Part shown: positions 23,841 through 24,089 of the stretch, piece by piece | Layout: every line of letters begins with the position of its first letter | How positions within the stretch are numbered: the first letter of the stretch is position 1 | Source: Candidatus Geothermarchaeota archaeon | GTDB taxonomy: Archaea; Thermoproteota; Nitrososphaeria; Geothermarchaeales; JAUWBL01 | NCBI GenBank assembly: GCA_030601715.1 | Contig: JAUWBL010000001.1 | Span: forward strand, 1-24,089 | DNA: 24,089 bases | Reading direction: 5' to 3' | Position numbers and translations under genes: made by a program | Notes under the pieces: generated by a model | What the model was told of the DNA's origin: nothing | What the model saw: the letters and a program-made list of their open reading frames with translations, nothing else | Databases searched by the model: none

Positions 23841-24089
23841 TGTGAGCCTGACTACATGAAGATCGGAATAAACGGGGCCGCTGGGGGTGAGAAGGCTTTT
23901 CTTCAATCTTAGATCTTCGACTTCCACAGTGTATCTGGGCGCCTCCTCAAACTCGGCCAGGATCCGAGGAACATCTTGGGCCAGCCACGGCTGCTTGATT
24001 CTCGCTAGGGTTAGGTGAACCCTGAACTCTCTTTTCTCCCGCTTGAAACCCAACGACGCTAAGGCATCTTCAACCTTGGCTGCCAACTG
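23835..24089 (-). CDS. thpR: RNA 2',3'-cyclic phosphodiesterase (2H family), C-terminal part; 5' end lies outside the window
   Basis: Second HxT motif (VHLTLARIK) and KSLLTPSGPVY. The frame is open to the window edge. Confidence 0.9.
   Translation of the reverse strand, partial: QLAAKVEDALASLGFKREKREFRVHLTLARIKQPWLAQDVPRILAEFEEAPRYTVEVEDLRLKKSLLTPSGPVYSDLHVVRLTD

Noticed and set aside
1-24089. CRISPR array, rRNA genes, inteins in RadA or Cdc6
   Set aside because: No regularly spaced repeats, no rRNA-like sequence, and protein lengths and motifs are continuous.

Overview
Archaeal chromosomal window, mostly housekeeping. A TACK-type organism (Nitrososphaeria/Bathyarchaeia-like) is inferred from gene content: Smc-ScpAB, TFE-beta, Tes, class I CCA enzyme and an intron-containing tRNA. 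Gene order: smc 3' end, scpA, scpB; rps8e, srp19, gar1, tfeB, rlmE; trm1; THEP1 NTPase; helical ORFan; DUF47 and PiT; tetraether synthase (tes) divergent from a TrmB regulator; 905-aa anchored surface glycoprotein; radA; asnS; two PhoU/TrkA-C genes and a divergent cdc6; small ORFan; aminotransferase; tRNA-Pro(GGG) with two introns; NucS-like chimera; RIO-like kinase; cca; nitrilase; thpR (partial). Main unexplained signals: (1) a 1085-bp nitrilase cassette between exact 9-bp direct repeats, whose removal restores a thpR-stop/cca-start junction; (2) a kinase whose conserved N-terminus has no ATG/GTG/TTG and is in frame with cca behind a single TAA; (3) a probable CTG start for gar1; (4) a double-intron tRNA; (5) degenerate catalytic motifs in PiT, Cdc6, the NucS-like domain and the kinase. 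No CRISPR array, rRNA or transposase was seen. All family calls come from motif recognition by eye, without database searches.
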